Assembly (NCBI GenBank): GCA_030433075.1
Contig: JAUILI010000003.1
Span: forward strand, 9,596-73,595
Reading direction: 5' to 3'
DNA: 64,000 nucleotides
Source of the DNA: Gammaproteobacteria bacterium
GTDB lineage: Bacteria > Pseudomonadota > Gammaproteobacteria > Pseudomonadales > Azotimanducaceae
Positions 1 to 9,063 of the stretch are shown here, one piece after another. Below the pieces are notes generated by a model. It was not told the origin of the DNA, made no database searches, and was given only the letters and a program-made list of their open reading frames with translations. The translations under genes and the position numbers were made by a program. Position 1 is the stretch's first letter, and every line of letters starts with the position of its first letter.

Positions 1-338
1 TAAGCTTTACGGAGGCCATCATTGGTGAACGGCCACCGCCGTCGGAGGCGGTACTGGCCGCCGTGCTTCGCGAGGCCCTAGAGGCCCTCCCCAATGCCGA
101 TAGCGAGGCGACGGTCTATCTAAACCCCCGGGATCTGGAGCGTTTGGGCGCGGTGCTCCAGCGCGAGATGCCCGGGCGCCGGTGGCGCCTGGAAGCCGAT
201 GAGGTGCTTCAGCCTGGCGATCTCCGGGTTCAAGCGGGCCTGACGGAAGTGGATGCTCGGCGTCGAACTCGCATGGTGCAGCTGTTTGAGTCGCTTATGC
301 CTGGGGAGGAAGCAGGGGACGCGGGAGAGCCAGCATGA
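1..338 (+). CDS. fliH: Flagellar export apparatus protein FliH, C-terminal fragment (5' end lies outside the window)
   Basis: The frame is open from the window edge with no stop from nt 3. Stop TGA 336-338 overlaps the fliI ATG (ATGA). The call rests mainly on position directly upstream of fliI. Confidence 0.6.
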   Translation, partial: SFTEAIIGERPPPSEAVLAAVLREALEALPNADSEATVYLNPRDLERLGAVLQREMPGRRWRLEADEVLQPGDLRVQAGLTEVDARRRTRMVQLFESLMPGEEAGDAGEPA

Positions 339-1687
339 CGATCCCTTCCCTACCCGATCCCCAGGTGCTGGCTCGACGGCTCGCCGCCCGGGCGATAGAC
401 GTAAAACCACCGCCTTTGCTGGCCTCTGGAACCCTAACCGGGATTACGGGGCTCACCTTAGAGGCCGCGGGGTGCGCCCTTCCCCTAGGGGCCCGGTGCC
501 GCCTACGGTCTCCGGGCAGCCCAAACTGCGAGGCGGAAGTCGTGGGGTTTCGCGGCGGGCAGACCTTCCTAATGCCCGTGGGTGACCTTGGCGGGCTACG
601 CCCAGGTAGCCGGGTTATTCCGGCGCCGGAAAGCGATCGCGTGCCCGTGGGGCCGACCTTGCTTGGCCGGGTAGTCGATGCCTTAGGGCGCCCCCTGGAC
701 GGGGCGCCAGCGCCCCACTGCGCGCAAACCGTTTCCCTCCTGGGACGCCCCCTGAATCCCCTGCGCCGGGCGCCGGTGGAGGAACCACTGGACGTGGGCG
801 TTCGGGCTATTAACGCCATGCTGACCGTTGGCCGGGGCCAGCGCCTTGGCCTGTTTGCCGGCTCCGGGGTCGGGAAATCCGTGCTTCTTGGCATGATGAC
901 GCGCTTCACGGAGGCCGACGTCATCGTGGTGGGACTCATTGGTGAACGCGGGCGAGAAGTTGCAGATTTCGTCCAGCGAACGCTGAATTCTGCGGCTCGA
1001 GAGCGGGCCATTGTGGTGGCAGCGCCGGCCGACGCGTCCCCCTTGCTCCGCATCCATGGCGCCCTCCGGGCGACGGCCTATGCAGAGTATTTTCGCGACG
1101 CAGGCCTACGCGTCCTGCTGCTGATGGATTCCCTCACCCGTTTTGCCCAAGCCCATCGGGAGGTGGCGCTGGCCATTGGCGAACCCCCAGCCCGCCAGGG
1201 CTATACGCCTAGCGTCTTTGCGCGCCTGCCCCAGCTGGTGGAGCGGGCCGGAAATAGCGATCGGGGCGAAGGCTCGATTACAGCGTTCTATACCGTTCTT
1301 ACGGAAGGGGATGATCCAAACGACCCCATCGCCGATGCGGCTCGGGCCATCCTTGACGGCCACATTGTTTTATCTCGCAGCATCGCTGAGCAGGGGCGGT
1401 ATCCCGCCATCGATGTTGAGGCAAGCGTTAGCCGCACCATGACCGATGTGCTCCCGGCGGAAAACTTGGCGTTTGCGCGTCGGGCGCGGGGTTACCTCGG
1501 GCGCTATCGTCAAAGCGCAGACCTGATCTCCATGGGTGCCTATGAGCCCGGAAACGATCCCCGGCTCGACGAAGCCGTGGCCTTTCATGACAGTTTAGAG
1601 GGCTTCCTAAGCCAAGATCTTTCCGAGGCGGCCTCTCTGCCCGCCAGCCTTAAGGCGCTGAAGGCCGTACTGGAGCCGGCATCGTGA
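335..1687 (+). CDS. fliI: Flagellum-specific ATPase FliI
   Basis: 450 aa. Walker A GSGVGKS and Walker [14 protein letters not shown] are present, with F1/T3SS-ATPase-like sequence throughout. Confidence 0.97.
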   Translation: MTIPSLPDPQVLARRLAARAIDVKPPPLLASGTLTGITGLTLEAAGCALPLGARCRLRSPGSPNCEAEVVGFRGGQTFLMPVGDLGGLRPGSRVIPAPESDRVPVGPTLLGRVVDALGRPLDGAPAPHCAQTVSLLGRPLNPLRRAPVEEPLDVGVRAINAMLTVGRGQRLGLFAGSGVGKSVLLGMMTRFTEADVIVVGLIGERGREVADFVQRTLNSAARERAIVVAAPADASPLLRIHGALRATAYAEYFRDAGLRVLLLMDSLTRFAQAHREVALAIGEPPARQGYTPSVFARLPQLVERAGNSDRGEGSITAFYTVLTEGDDPNDPIADAARAILDGHIVLSRSIAEQGRYPAIDVEASVSRTMTDVLPAENLAFARRARGYLGRYRQSADLISMGAYEPGNDPRLDEAVAFHDSLEGFLSQDLSEAASLPASLKALKAVLEPAS

Positions 1688-2130
1688 GCGGGGGGGATCT
1701 TCACCGCGCGCATCAGCTTGTGCAGCTCAAGCAGCGGGAGGAACAGAAGGCCAGCGCGCTCTGGACCGAGGCCCGAATAGCCCTAGGGCAGGGGCAAGAG
1801 CGGCTTCGGCAAATCGAAGCGTGGCAGCGTGATTACGAAACTAAGGCCGGCTCCCTGCGTAAAGCGCCCCATGTCGGCGTGTTAAAGGACTGGCGCACCT
1901 TTCTCGAAGGTCTTGCTGTTCAACGGCAGCGCGCCCAGGCCGCGGTGGAAGGCCTTGAGGCCGCTTGTGAAGAGCGGAAGGGCGCGTTCTTACGATGCCT
2001 TCAGCAACGCAAAGTCGCGGAGCACTACCAGGCCTCCATCAAAGAAGCTGATGCTAAAAAGCGGCGACAGCAGGAAGCGCGCGCCCTAGACGACCTCGTG
2101 GGTCGACCTAAACCAAGGACCCTTTCATGA
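1684..2130 (+). CDS. fliJ: Flagellar export chaperone-like protein FliJ
   Basis: 148 aa, charged coiled-coil-like sequence. The GTG start overlaps the fliI stop (GTGA). The gene sits in the conserved fliI-fliJ-fliK position. Confidence 0.75.
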   Translation: MSGGDLHRAHQLVQLKQREEQKASALWTEARIALGQGQERLRQIEAWQRDYETKAGSLRKAPHVGVLKDWRTFLEGLAVQRQRAQAAVEGLEAACEERKGAFLRCLQQRKVAEHYQASIKEADAKKRRQQEARALDDLVGRPKPRTLS

Positions 2131-3389
2131 ACACAAGCAATTTGGGCCCCACTATGCCAAGTACGCCTAACGTTTCTGAACCCCGGGAGGTAGTTCGTTC
2201 CGGATCAAAGAACTTGCTTTCTCTGGACAGCGAGTCACCGGCGAACAATTTTGGCGCAGCCTTTGATGACGCCATGATCTCTAAAGCGACCGCCGGCGAA
2301 GCGCCTGCTCCCGTAGCCCGGACAAGGAATTTGGGCGAGGAAACGAAGGAGAAAGTCGCACAGGGGGAAGGGGCCGAGGTGTCCCCGGCATTGGCCCAGG
2401 CCTCGCCGCAGGAGGAACCGGGCGACGCTGCGGGGGCGCTGGCCCTAGGGCATGCCCCAAACAGCGAGGTTCCGCCCTTTCTAGACGGGCACCCTAAGGC
2501 GCGCCCTAGAGCCGTAGCCCCCACAACTGAGGTGCCGCCTGCGCTCGTGGCGGCGCCATTACCGGGCGCAGAGGATGCCCGCTCCCAAGAACCCGCTCGA
2601 GCGGAACTGCCTCGAGCGGAACTGCCTCGAGCGGAACTGCCTCGAGCGGAACTGCCTCGAGCGGAAATGCCCCGAGCGGAAATGCCCCGAGCGGAAATGC
2701 CCCGAGCGGAAATGCCCCGAGCGGAAATGCCCCGAGCGGAAATGCCTCGAGCGGAAATGCCTCGAGCGGAGATGCCTCGTGTGGAAGCCGCCCCCTTCGA
2801 CCTTTTGCGGACGCGGCTTGAGGCCGTTGAGAGAAAGGGCCTGGAGCGACCCTCGGCACCGACAATGGCGGGTTCGGCCTTTGGAGCAGGCTTCGATAGC
2901 CTTTTGGGTAGCGGGGTTGAAAGCCTGACTTCAAGCGCACCGGGCACGCTCGAGCGGTCCCCCTTGGCCACCCCCCAGCTGGTGGAGTCGCGGGTCGTGC
3001 CAGCGCTGGCGCGTGATCTTCAAGGCCAGCTTGGCAAGCTAGAGGAAGGCGAGGGGCGCGTAATCGAGTTGCGCCTCGATCCGCCGGAGCTTGGTCGCGT
3101 AAACGTGCGTATTTCCATGCAAGGTGAAGAGGTCAAGGTGGTCTTCACCGCTGCCGGTGCCGGACGAGACGCGCTAGAGCTTGCGCTGCCCCGGCTTCGA
3201 GAAATGTTCGAGGGCGCCGGTCTTTCCCTTGGGGAAGCCTCAGTGGGCGGTGAGGCGCAGCGGAACCCCCGCGATGGGCTGGCCAAGCGGGAAGGGCTGG
3301 GGCAGGAAGGTCAGGAGGAGGCGGGTGCGCCGACGCCGGAGCCGAGCGTCAAAAACCTCGCTGAGGGGCGGGTCAGCCTTCGCGTTTAA
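2127..3389 (+). CDS. fliK: Flagellar hook-length control protein FliK
   Basis: 420 aa. The N-terminal and central parts are Pro/Ala/Glu-rich and low complexity. The C-terminus resembles a Flg_hook domain (VIELRLDPPELGRVNVRISMQGEEVKVVF...LPRLREMFEGAGLSLG). The ATG overlaps the fliJ stop. Confidence 0.85.
   Translation: MNTSNLGPTMPSTPNVSEPREVVRSGSKNLLSLDSESPANNFGAAFDDAMISKATAGEAPAPVARTRNLGEETKEKVAQGEGAEVSPALAQASPQEEPGDAAGALALGHAPNSEVPPFLDGHPKARPRAVAPTTEVPPALVAAPLPGAEDARSQEPARAELPRAELPRAELPRAELPRAEMPRAEMPRAEMPRAEMPRAEMPRAEMPRAEMPRAEMPRVEAAPFDLLRTRLEAVERKGLERPSAPTMAGSAFGAGFDSLLGSGVESLTSSAPGTLERSPLATPQLVESRVVPALARDLQGQLGKLEEGEGRVIELRLDPPELGRVNVRISMQGEEVKVVFTAAGAGRDALELALPRLREMFEGAGLSLGEASVGGEAQRNPRDGLAKREGLGQEGQEEAGAPTPEPSVKNLAEGRVSLRV
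2601..2780 (+). repeat. 12 tandem in-frame 15-bp repeats inside fliK (AELPR x4, AEMPR x8)
   Basis: Read directly from the sequence: GCGGAACTGCCTCGA x4 (2601-2660), GCGGAAATGCCCCGA x5 (2661-2735), GCGGAAATGCCTCGA x2 (2736-2765), GCGGAGATGCCTCGT x1 (2766-2780). Confidence 0.98.
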
Positions 3390-3467
3390 ATCGCCAAGGA
3401 ATTGACGCCGTCCCCCAGGGGGTAGAAAAAGCCATTTAAAACAAGTGCCTAAAACTATTCCCGGAAT

Positions 3468-3483
3468 TGGCCTCGCGTTTGCA
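3468..3483 (+). promoter_or_regulatory. Sigma54-type -24/-12 promoter upstream of fliL
   Basis: TGGCCT-CGCGT-TTGCA compared with the consensus TGGCAC-N5-TTGCA, with correct GG-N10-GC spacing. It lies about 54 nt upstream of the fliL start, in a 147-bp gap. Confidence 0.55.
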
Positions 3484-3536
3484 AAGAATCTGGAAAGCCC
3501 CGCTAGGGGTTCCAGCTAACGAATTGCGAGGTTGCA

Positions 3537-4046
3537 TTGAAGCCCCCAGTACTGATCGCCATCGTAGTTCTTGTCGCGCTCCTTGCCGGCGGCGGCGCCT
3601 TAGCGGGTGCCTACTTTTTCCTTTTGCCTCAGGTCACGGAGGCGGGCAATGGGAACGCGGATGCAGCGGAAGATGAAGAGGGTGAACCCGAGGCCCTGAA
3701 ACGGGGCGAGGGGCCAGCGCAGTACTTTTCCTTTGCTAAGCCCTTGCTCATCACCCTCGATAACCAAGGGGACGCGAAATATCTTCAACTCGCCTTCTCC
3801 GTTCTGGTTCGTCACGAAGCCCTCGTCGCCGCTCTCCAGGAAGATGAACCACTGCTTCGCAACGATCTAATTGTTCAGCTTGGAGCGGAAGACCCTGACA
3901 GCCTGCGTACTCCAGAAGGCCGGGAAGCGCTGCGGAACGCCATCCTAGACATCATTCGCGCACGCACTCCGTCTTACGTGGATGAGGAAACGCGAAGCGA
4001 ATTTCTTATCGAGGATGTGCTCCTCTCCAACTTGGTGATGCAGTAA
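3537..4046 (+). CDS. fliL: Flagellar basal-body-associated protein FliL
   Basis: 169 aa with a single N-terminal TM segment (VLIAIVVLVALLAGGGALAGAYFFLL). FliL-like C-terminus. TTG start. Position upstream of fliM. Confidence 0.85.
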   Translation: MKPPVLIAIVVLVALLAGGGALAGAYFFLLPQVTEAGNGNADAAEDEEGEPEALKRGEGPAQYFSFAKPLLITLDNQGDAKYLQLAFSVLVRHEALVAALQEDEPLLRNDLIVQLGAEDPDSLRTPEGREALRNAILDIIRARTPSYVDEETRSEFLIEDVLLSNLVMQ

Positions 4047-4048
4047 CC

Positions 4049-5050
4049 GTGGCCGGCCAAGATATCCTGTCCCAGGAGGAAGTCGACGCCCTCCTCGGCA
4101 TGGGGGAGGAAAGCCTCGGGGAAGGCGGGACGCCGGCTGGCGAAGTTCGAGAGATTGACCTAGCCAATCATGAGCGAGTTGTCCGAAGTCGCTTGCCGGC
4201 TCTGGAATCGATCAATGAACGCATCGCCCGTGGATTGCGGGATATCGTCTTCCAGCTTTTTCGACGCGGTGTTGCCATTGACAATCAGGGGGTAACCACC
4301 CAGAGCTTCGCCGATTACATTTACAGCCTCTACGTGCCAACGGCGCTGAATGTGGTGCGCCTTTCGCCTCTAAGAGGCTTCGGCATTGTGGCGCTTGATC
4401 CAAGGCTTGTATTTCGTCTAGTAGACTATTTCTTCGGTGGCAGTGGGCTGCTCTACGCCAAAGTAGAAGGGCGAGATTTCACAGGCACAGAGCAACGATT
4501 GATTCGCCTGCTCGTGGAGCGAATTTGCGCCCTCATGGCGGAAGCGTGGAAACCCGTCGTTGATCTAGACGTCACCTATTCTCATCCTGAGGTGCATCGC
4601 CGCTCCGCCAATATTCTTAGCCCCAAGGAAGTGGTGGTGGTCTCCACGTTCACCCTAGAGCTCGAAACGGGCGATCCGGGCTACGTTCACATTGCCCTGC
4701 CCTATTCCATGCTCGAGCCCATTCGCGCGCTTCTCGATAGCCCTGTTCCAGCAACCCGAGACGGCACGGACAAGCGCTGGGCCGCGGCCCTGCGTCGGGA
4801 CGTGCGTTCGGTCTCCGTGCCCATTCGCGCCGAACTGGCACGCTTCGAGAGCACGCTGACCCAGCTTTTGCAGTGGGCCCCGGGGGATGTCCTCCCGATT
4901 GAAATGCCCGAGTTCCTAGAGCTAGAGGTAGAGGGCATGCCTATGGCGGCGGGCCGCTTTGGGATCTCCAACGAAAAGAACGCGTTACGTATTGAGGCGG
5001 TTTACGAACCGGAATCCGCGTTTGACGCCGTTAATCCCGCGGATGCCTAG
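4049..5050 (+). CDS. fliM: Flagellar motor switch protein FliM
   Basis: 333 aa. N-terminal CheY-P binding motif LSQEEVDALLG is present, with a FliM middle domain and a SpoA-like C-terminus. Confidence 0.93.
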   Translation: MAGQDILSQEEVDALLGMGEESLGEGGTPAGEVREIDLANHERVVRSRLPALESINERIARGLRDIVFQLFRRGVAIDNQGVTTQSFADYIYSLYVPTALNVVRLSPLRGFGIVALDPRLVFRLVDYFFGGSGLLYAKVEGRDFTGTEQRLIRLLVERICALMAEAWKPVVDLDVTYSHPEVHRRSANILSPKEVVVVSTFTLELETGDPGYVHIALPYSMLEPIRALLDSPVPATRDGTDKRWAAALRRDVRSVSVPIRAELARFESTLTQLLQWAPGDVLPIEMPEFLELEVEGMPMAAGRFGISNEKNALRIEAVYEPESAFDAVNPADA

Positions 5051-5074
5051 CTTGAGACTTAAGGACGGACCGAA

Positions 5075-5419
5075 ATGACCGATAACGAAGTGGACAATGG
5101 AAGCAAAGGCTTTTCCCCTGATGATTTTACGGACAGTGCAGGCCCTGTGGAGGGAGAAGTACGCAACCTCGACATGGTATTGGACATCCCGGTCACCGTA
5201 GCCGTGGAGATTGGCCAAGGCCGAATCCCAATTCGGACTCTGCTTCAGTTGACGCAGGGATCAGTGGTGGAGCTCGACCGCCTAGCCGGAGAGCCCCTGG
5301 ATGTGCTCGTGAACGGGACCCTTATCGCCCAGGGCGAGGTGGTGGTGGTGAACGACAAGTACGGCGTTCGGCTCACTGATGTCATTAGCCCCGCCGAGCG
5401 GCTACGGCGGCTCAAATGA
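5075..5419 (+). CDS. fliN: Flagellar motor switch protein FliN
   Basis: 114 aa. SpoA/FliN domain (LDIPVTVAVEIGQGRIPIRTLLQLTQGSVVELDRLAGEPLDVLVNG). Confidence 0.93.
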   Translation: MTDNEVDNGSKGFSPDDFTDSAGPVEGEVRNLDMVLDIPVTVAVEIGQGRIPIRTLLQLTQGSVVELDRLAGEPLDVLVNGTLIAQGEVVVVNDKYGVRLTDVISPAERLRRLK

Positions 5420-5883
5420 ACAGGACGCGCCCGGCCCTTCTGGTTGCTGCATTGAGCCTGAGCGTGCTCAGCGCCCTGCTTTTCGGGGGCTTTGCGGCGG
5501 CCGCGGCGGACGAGGCGCGAGTCGCCGAGCCCACCTCTAGGGTTTCCGGGCCCATAGGCCCCAGCGCAAAGGGCGAGGAGTCCTCGCCCCTGGCCCTACG
5601 TAAAGGAGAAGGGCCGGGCACCCCGTCCCTCCTTCGCCTCGCCCTTGGCCTGGTAGTGGTTTTGGCGCTCATGCTGGGCCTGCTCTATCTCCTGCGACGG
5701 CTGGGCTATGGCCAGGCATCGGGTGGGGGCGAAATCGAGATTCTCGCAAGCCGGAGCCTTGGGCCCCGGGAGAGAGTCGTGCTGGTGCGCACTGGGCGCC
5801 GGCATGTATTGGTGGGCGTGGCGTCGGGACGCGTCGCGGCCTTAGATCAATGGACCAGTGACCAATGGGACCAAACGTTATGA
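5416..5883 (+). CDS. fliO: Flagellar biosynthesis protein FliO
   Basis: 155 aa. Hydrophobic N-terminus plus a central TM (LALGLVVVLALMLGLLYLL) followed by a FliO-like C-terminus (ILASRSLGPRERVVLVRTGRRHVLVGV). ATGA overlap with fliN. Confidence 0.75.
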   Translation: MNRTRPALLVAALSLSVLSALLFGGFAAAAADEARVAEPTSRVSGPIGPSAKGEESSPLALRKGEGPGTPSLLRLALGLVVVLALMLGLLYLLRRLGYGQASGGGEIEILASRSLGPRERVVLVRTGRRHVLVGVASGRVAALDQWTSDQWDQTL

Positions 5884-6011
5884 GTCAAATAGCAGCAATT
5901 TTTCTGGTACTTAGTGTCGGCCTTGCCTTAGCGGTGCCGGCGAGTGGGGCCTCGGCCTCTAATCCGACCGCAGTTGGAATCACTTCGGATCAGGCTACGG
6001 CTAGCCCATGA
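5880..6011 (+). CDS. Unannotated 43-codon ORF between fliO and fliP (signal-peptide-like small protein); hypothetical
   Basis: Translated by hand: MSQIAAIFLVLSVGLALAVPASGASASNPTAVGITSDQATASP. Its ATG overlaps the fliO stop (TTATGA) and its TGA overlaps the fliP ATG (CCATGA). It is below the ORF-track length cutoff. Confidence 0.3.
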   Translation: MSQIAAIFLVLSVGLALAVPASGASASNPTAVGITSDQATASP

Positions 6012-6748
6012 TCCGGTTTTTGGGGGCCTTGCTCCCGGCGCTGCTCCTTGCCCTTCCGGCTGGAGCAGCCGAACTCGAATTGGTCACCGCACGGCCAGGG
6101 GAGGGAGAAGAGACGATCTACTCCCTGAAGCTCCAGGTGCTGGCGGTGATGACCGTGCTGACGGTGCTGCCGGGCTTGCTCATGACCACCACGGCGTTTA
6201 CTCGCGTACTCATCGTGCTCGCCGTGCTGCGCCAGGGCCTCGGAACGCAGCAAACGCCCTCCAATCAAATTCTTGTGGGGCTCGCTCTGTTCTTGACGCT
6301 CTTTATTATGGGCCCCGTGGTGTCGCAGGCCTGGGAGCAAGGGGCAAGCCCCTATCTGGAGGATGAGCTTGGCGCGGAGGCCGCCATGACGCGCACCGTT
6401 GAGCCCTTCCGGACTTTCATGATTTCTCAGACCCGGGAAAGCGATCTGGCTCTTTTCGCCGACCTGTCCGGGGGCGCTCGCTTCGAGCGCATTGAAGAGG
6501 TTCCCCTAACGCTTTTGATCCCCGCCTTCGTGACCAGCGAATTGAAAACGGCTTTTCAGATTGGCTTTCTCATCCTCATTCCCTTCCTTGTGATCGATCT
6601 GGTGGTGGCCTCCGTGCTGATGTCCATGGGGATGGTCATGCTTTCTCCACTCATTATTTCCTTGCCTTTCAAGCTCATGCTTTTCGTCCTAGTGGACGGA
6701 TGGGCGCTGCTCATGAGCACGCTCGCGGCAAGTTTCGTTTCAGGATAG
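6008..6748 (+). CDS. fliP: Flagellar type III export gate protein FliP
   Basis: 246 aa with its own signal peptide (MIRFLGALLPALLLALPAGAA). Conserved FliP core (TAFTRVLIVLAVLRQGLGTQQTPSNQILVGLALFLTLFIM). Confidence 0.95.
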   Translation: MIRFLGALLPALLLALPAGAAELELVTARPGEGEETIYSLKLQVLAVMTVLTVLPGLLMTTTAFTRVLIVLAVLRQGLGTQQTPSNQILVGLALFLTLFIMGPVVSQAWEQGASPYLEDELGAEAAMTRTVEPFRTFMISQTRESDLALFADLSGGARFERIEEVPLTLLIPAFVTSELKTAFQIGFLILIPFLVIDLVVASVLMSMGMVMLSPLIISLPFKLMLFVLVDGWALLMSTLAASFVSG

Positions 6749-6752
6749 GCCC

Positions 6753-7022
6753 ATGGATTACAACACCATTATGCGCATTGCCCAGGAGGCCTTAGAGGTC
6801 ACGATGTGGGTGTGTGCACCCATCTTGCTGACGGGTCTCGCCTTAGGTTTGCTCATCGGCATGCTTCAGGCGGCCACGCAAATCCAGGAAATGACCCTTT
6901 CATTTATTCCTAAAATGATTGGCATGGGCGCGGCTCTGCTTATTGCGGGCCCCTGGATGTTGGCCATGTTGGTGGAGTTCACCCAGGGCCTTTACGAACG
7001 CATTCCCTATTTGATTGGCTAA
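6753..7022 (+). CDS. fliQ: Flagellar export gate protein FliQ
   Basis: 89 aa, two TM segments, FliQ/HrpO-like sequence, in the conserved position. Confidence 0.93.
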   Translation: MDYNTIMRIAQEALEVTMWVCAPILLTGLALGLLIGMLQAATQIQEMTLSFIPKMIGMGAALLIAGPWMLAMLVEFTQGLYERIPYLIG

Positions 7023-7795
7023 TGAGCTATTCCTTGGATGCCATTCTGGCGACCCTAACCGCCGCCTTTGGCCCCTTCCTCCGGGCCTCGGCCCTTTTTT
7101 ACGCTGCCCCAGTGTTCTCCGCTCGGGCGCTGCCAACGCCTGTGCGGGTTCTGCTCGCTGCCGCGCTTGCCCTCCTGGTCGCGCCCTATTTGCCGCCGGT
7201 GCGGGCGCTTGATCCCTTTTCCGCTGCTGGACTGGTGCTGGCGATTCAGGAGGTGCTCCTGGGCGCCATGATGGGCTTCGCCATTGCCTTGGCCTTCTCG
7301 GTCTTGTCTCAGGCGGGGGAGAACGTGGCCCTGGGGATGGGCCTGGGCTTTGCCTCCATCAACGACCCGAACAACGGCCTGTCCGTACCGATCATTTCTC
7401 AGTTCTACGCGATTGTGGGGACCTTGGTTTTTCTCGCCCTTGGGGGGCACGGGCTGGTCATTGAAGCCCTTCAGGCCAGCCTTATGCGCCTCCCCGTAGG
7501 CTTCGATGGGCTCGACCCCATGTCCTATGGGCGCTTGGTGGCCTGGGGCGCTGAGATGTATGGCTACGCTGTGCTCCTGGCCTTGCCGGCGGTGGCCACC
7601 TTGCTGTTGATCAACCTGGCCTTTGGGGTCATTACGCGCACGGCGCCGCAGTTGAATCTATTTGCTATTGGGTTCCCTATCATGGTGTTGGCGGGCCTGG
7701 GCGTTATTATTCTCACCCTACCTGCGCTGCTCGACGATTTTACCGAAGTTCTGGCGGCGGCCTTTGATTTGATCGACGAGATTTTGACGCCATGA
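7022..7795 (+). CDS. fliR: Flagellar export gate protein FliR
   Basis: 257 aa polytopic membrane protein. TAATG junction with fliQ. Conserved position. Confidence 0.9.
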   Translation: MSYSLDAILATLTAAFGPFLRASALFYAAPVFSARALPTPVRVLLAAALALLVAPYLPPVRALDPFSAAGLVLAIQEVLLGAMMGFAIALAFSVLSQAGENVALGMGLGFASINDPNNGLSVPIISQFYAIVGTLVFLALGGHGLVIEALQASLMRLPVGFDGLDPMSYGRLVAWGAEMYGYAVLLALPAVATLLLINLAFGVITRTAPQLNLFAIGFPIMVLAGLGVIILTLPALLDDFTEVLAAAFDLIDEILTP

Positions 7796-7825
7796 GCCTT
7801 CCAGTGCTGAGCATGGGGGTGGGCC

Positions 7826-8968
7826 ATGGCTGAGGCTGAGTCTGGCCAAGAGCGTACAGAAGAGCCCACCCCTCGGCGAAGGCAGCAGGCCCAGGAGAAG
7901 GGCCAGGTTCCCCGGTCTCGAGAGCTAACGACTACCGCTCTCCTGCTTGGCGGGACGGCCGGGCTGATGATGCTCTCCGGTTACATGCTTGAGGGCTTGT
8001 TGGATCTGCTCCGGGCGGGCTTTCGCTTAGATCGGCAGCTGATTTTTCTCGACGATGCAGGGCTGATCCAGCTGGGCCGCCTCGCCGGCGCAGCGGCCCT
8101 CGTGCTCGCGCCCCTTTGTGGCCTACTGTTTCTCTTGGCAGCCGCCCTGCCCGTGGCCCTTGGGGGCTGGTCCTTTTCCGGGGAAGCGCTGGCGCCGAAG
8201 CTCAGCAAGCTCGATCCCATCAAGGGCCTAGGCCGCCTCTTTGGTCCCCGGGGCCTGATGGAGCTCCTCAAGGCCCTTGCCAAATTCTTGGTGGTCGGCG
8301 CTGTTGGAGGGCTCGTGCTTTGGGCCGAGCTGGACCAACTCCTTGCGCTGTCCGGCATGCCGCTTGAGCGCGCCCTTGCCGAAACGGCATGGCTGGCGGG
8401 GATGACCTTACTGGGGGTTTCCGCGGCCACCGCCCTTATCGCCGCAGTGGATGTGCCGTTTCAGCTTTGGCAGCACAACAAGCAGCTGCGCATGACTCGT
8501 CAGGAAATCCGCGATGAGTTCAAGGACACGGAAGGGCGCCCGGAGGTGAAGTCGAAGATTCGTCAGCGCCAGCAGGAAATGGCCCAGCAGCGCATGATGG
8601 AAGCGATACCGGGCGCCGATGTGGTGGTGACGAACCCAAGCCACTACGCGGTTGCCTTGAAATACGAAGCGCAGCGGGGGGCGCCTCGGGTCGTGGCGAA
8701 GGGTAAGGATTTGGTGGCTCGAGCGATTCGGGAACGGGCGGAGGCGGCGGGCGTGCCCCGCCTTGAGCTACCGCCTCTGGCGCGGGCCCTATTCACCCAC
8801 ACGCGCATCGATCAGGAGATTCCCCCGGCCCTTTACCTCGCCGTGGCTCAAGTGCTGGCCTACGTCTATCGCCTCAAAACTGCCCATAACCTCGGCGCCG
8901 CTTGGCCCACAGCGCCTCAAAGCGTGCCCGTTCCCGACGAGCTCGATCCGGGCCCAGACGGCGCTTAA
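7826..8968 (+). CDS. flhB: Flagellar export switch protein FlhB
   Basis: 380 aa. N-terminal EKTEEPTP-like motif (ERTEEPTPRRRQQAQEKGQVPRSRE). Autocleavage-site variant NPSHYAVAL. Confidence 0.95.
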   Translation: MAEAESGQERTEEPTPRRRQQAQEKGQVPRSRELTTTALLLGGTAGLMMLSGYMLEGLLDLLRAGFRLDRQLIFLDDAGLIQLGRLAGAAALVLAPLCGLLFLLAAALPVALGGWSFSGEALAPKLSKLDPIKGLGRLFGPRGLMELLKALAKFLVVGAVGGLVLWAELDQLLALSGMPLERALAETAWLAGMTLLGVSAATALIAAVDVPFQLWQHNKQLRMTRQEIRDEFKDTEGRPEVKSKIRQRQQEMAQQRMMEAIPGADVVVTNPSHYAVALKYEAQRGAPRVVAKGKDLVARAIRERAEAAGVPRLELPPLARALFTHTRIDQEIPPALYLAVAQVLAYVYRLKTAHNLGAAWPTAPQSVPVPDELDPGPDGA

Positions 8969-8976
8969 GCGCCGTC
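8957..8976 (+). terminator. Perfect 20-bp palindrome spanning the flhB stop codon (possible weak terminator or attenuator)
   Basis: GACGGCGCTTAAGCGCCGTC is a perfect inverted repeat. No strong T-run follows it (AATTCTCT). Confidence 0.3.
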
Positions 8977-9063
8977 AATTCTCTGGCGCTGGGGATTTCT
9001 GGGTCACCTAATCCCCCATAAAAAACCATAAAAAATAAAGGCCTAGGATTACTTCCGGGCTTT

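Noticed and set aside
2601-2780. Possibility that the 15-bp repeat array is a CRISPR or other non-coding array
   Set aside because: The units are contiguous with no spacers, are only 15 bp long, stay in frame inside a continuous ORF, and no cas genes are nearby.
2108-2971. Repeat-containing ORFs in other frames or on the other strand of the FliK array (GISAR, AFPLG and CLERN/CPERK repeats)
   Set aside because: They are alternative-frame translations of the same 15-bp repeats. The FliK frame is supported by operon context, start/stop coupling and the C-terminal Flg_hook-like domain.
5944-6366. 140-aa ORF overlapping the fliP 5' region
   Set aside because: It is out of frame with fliP, whose product has the conserved FliP core. 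It is an Arg/Gly/Ala-rich shadow ORF.
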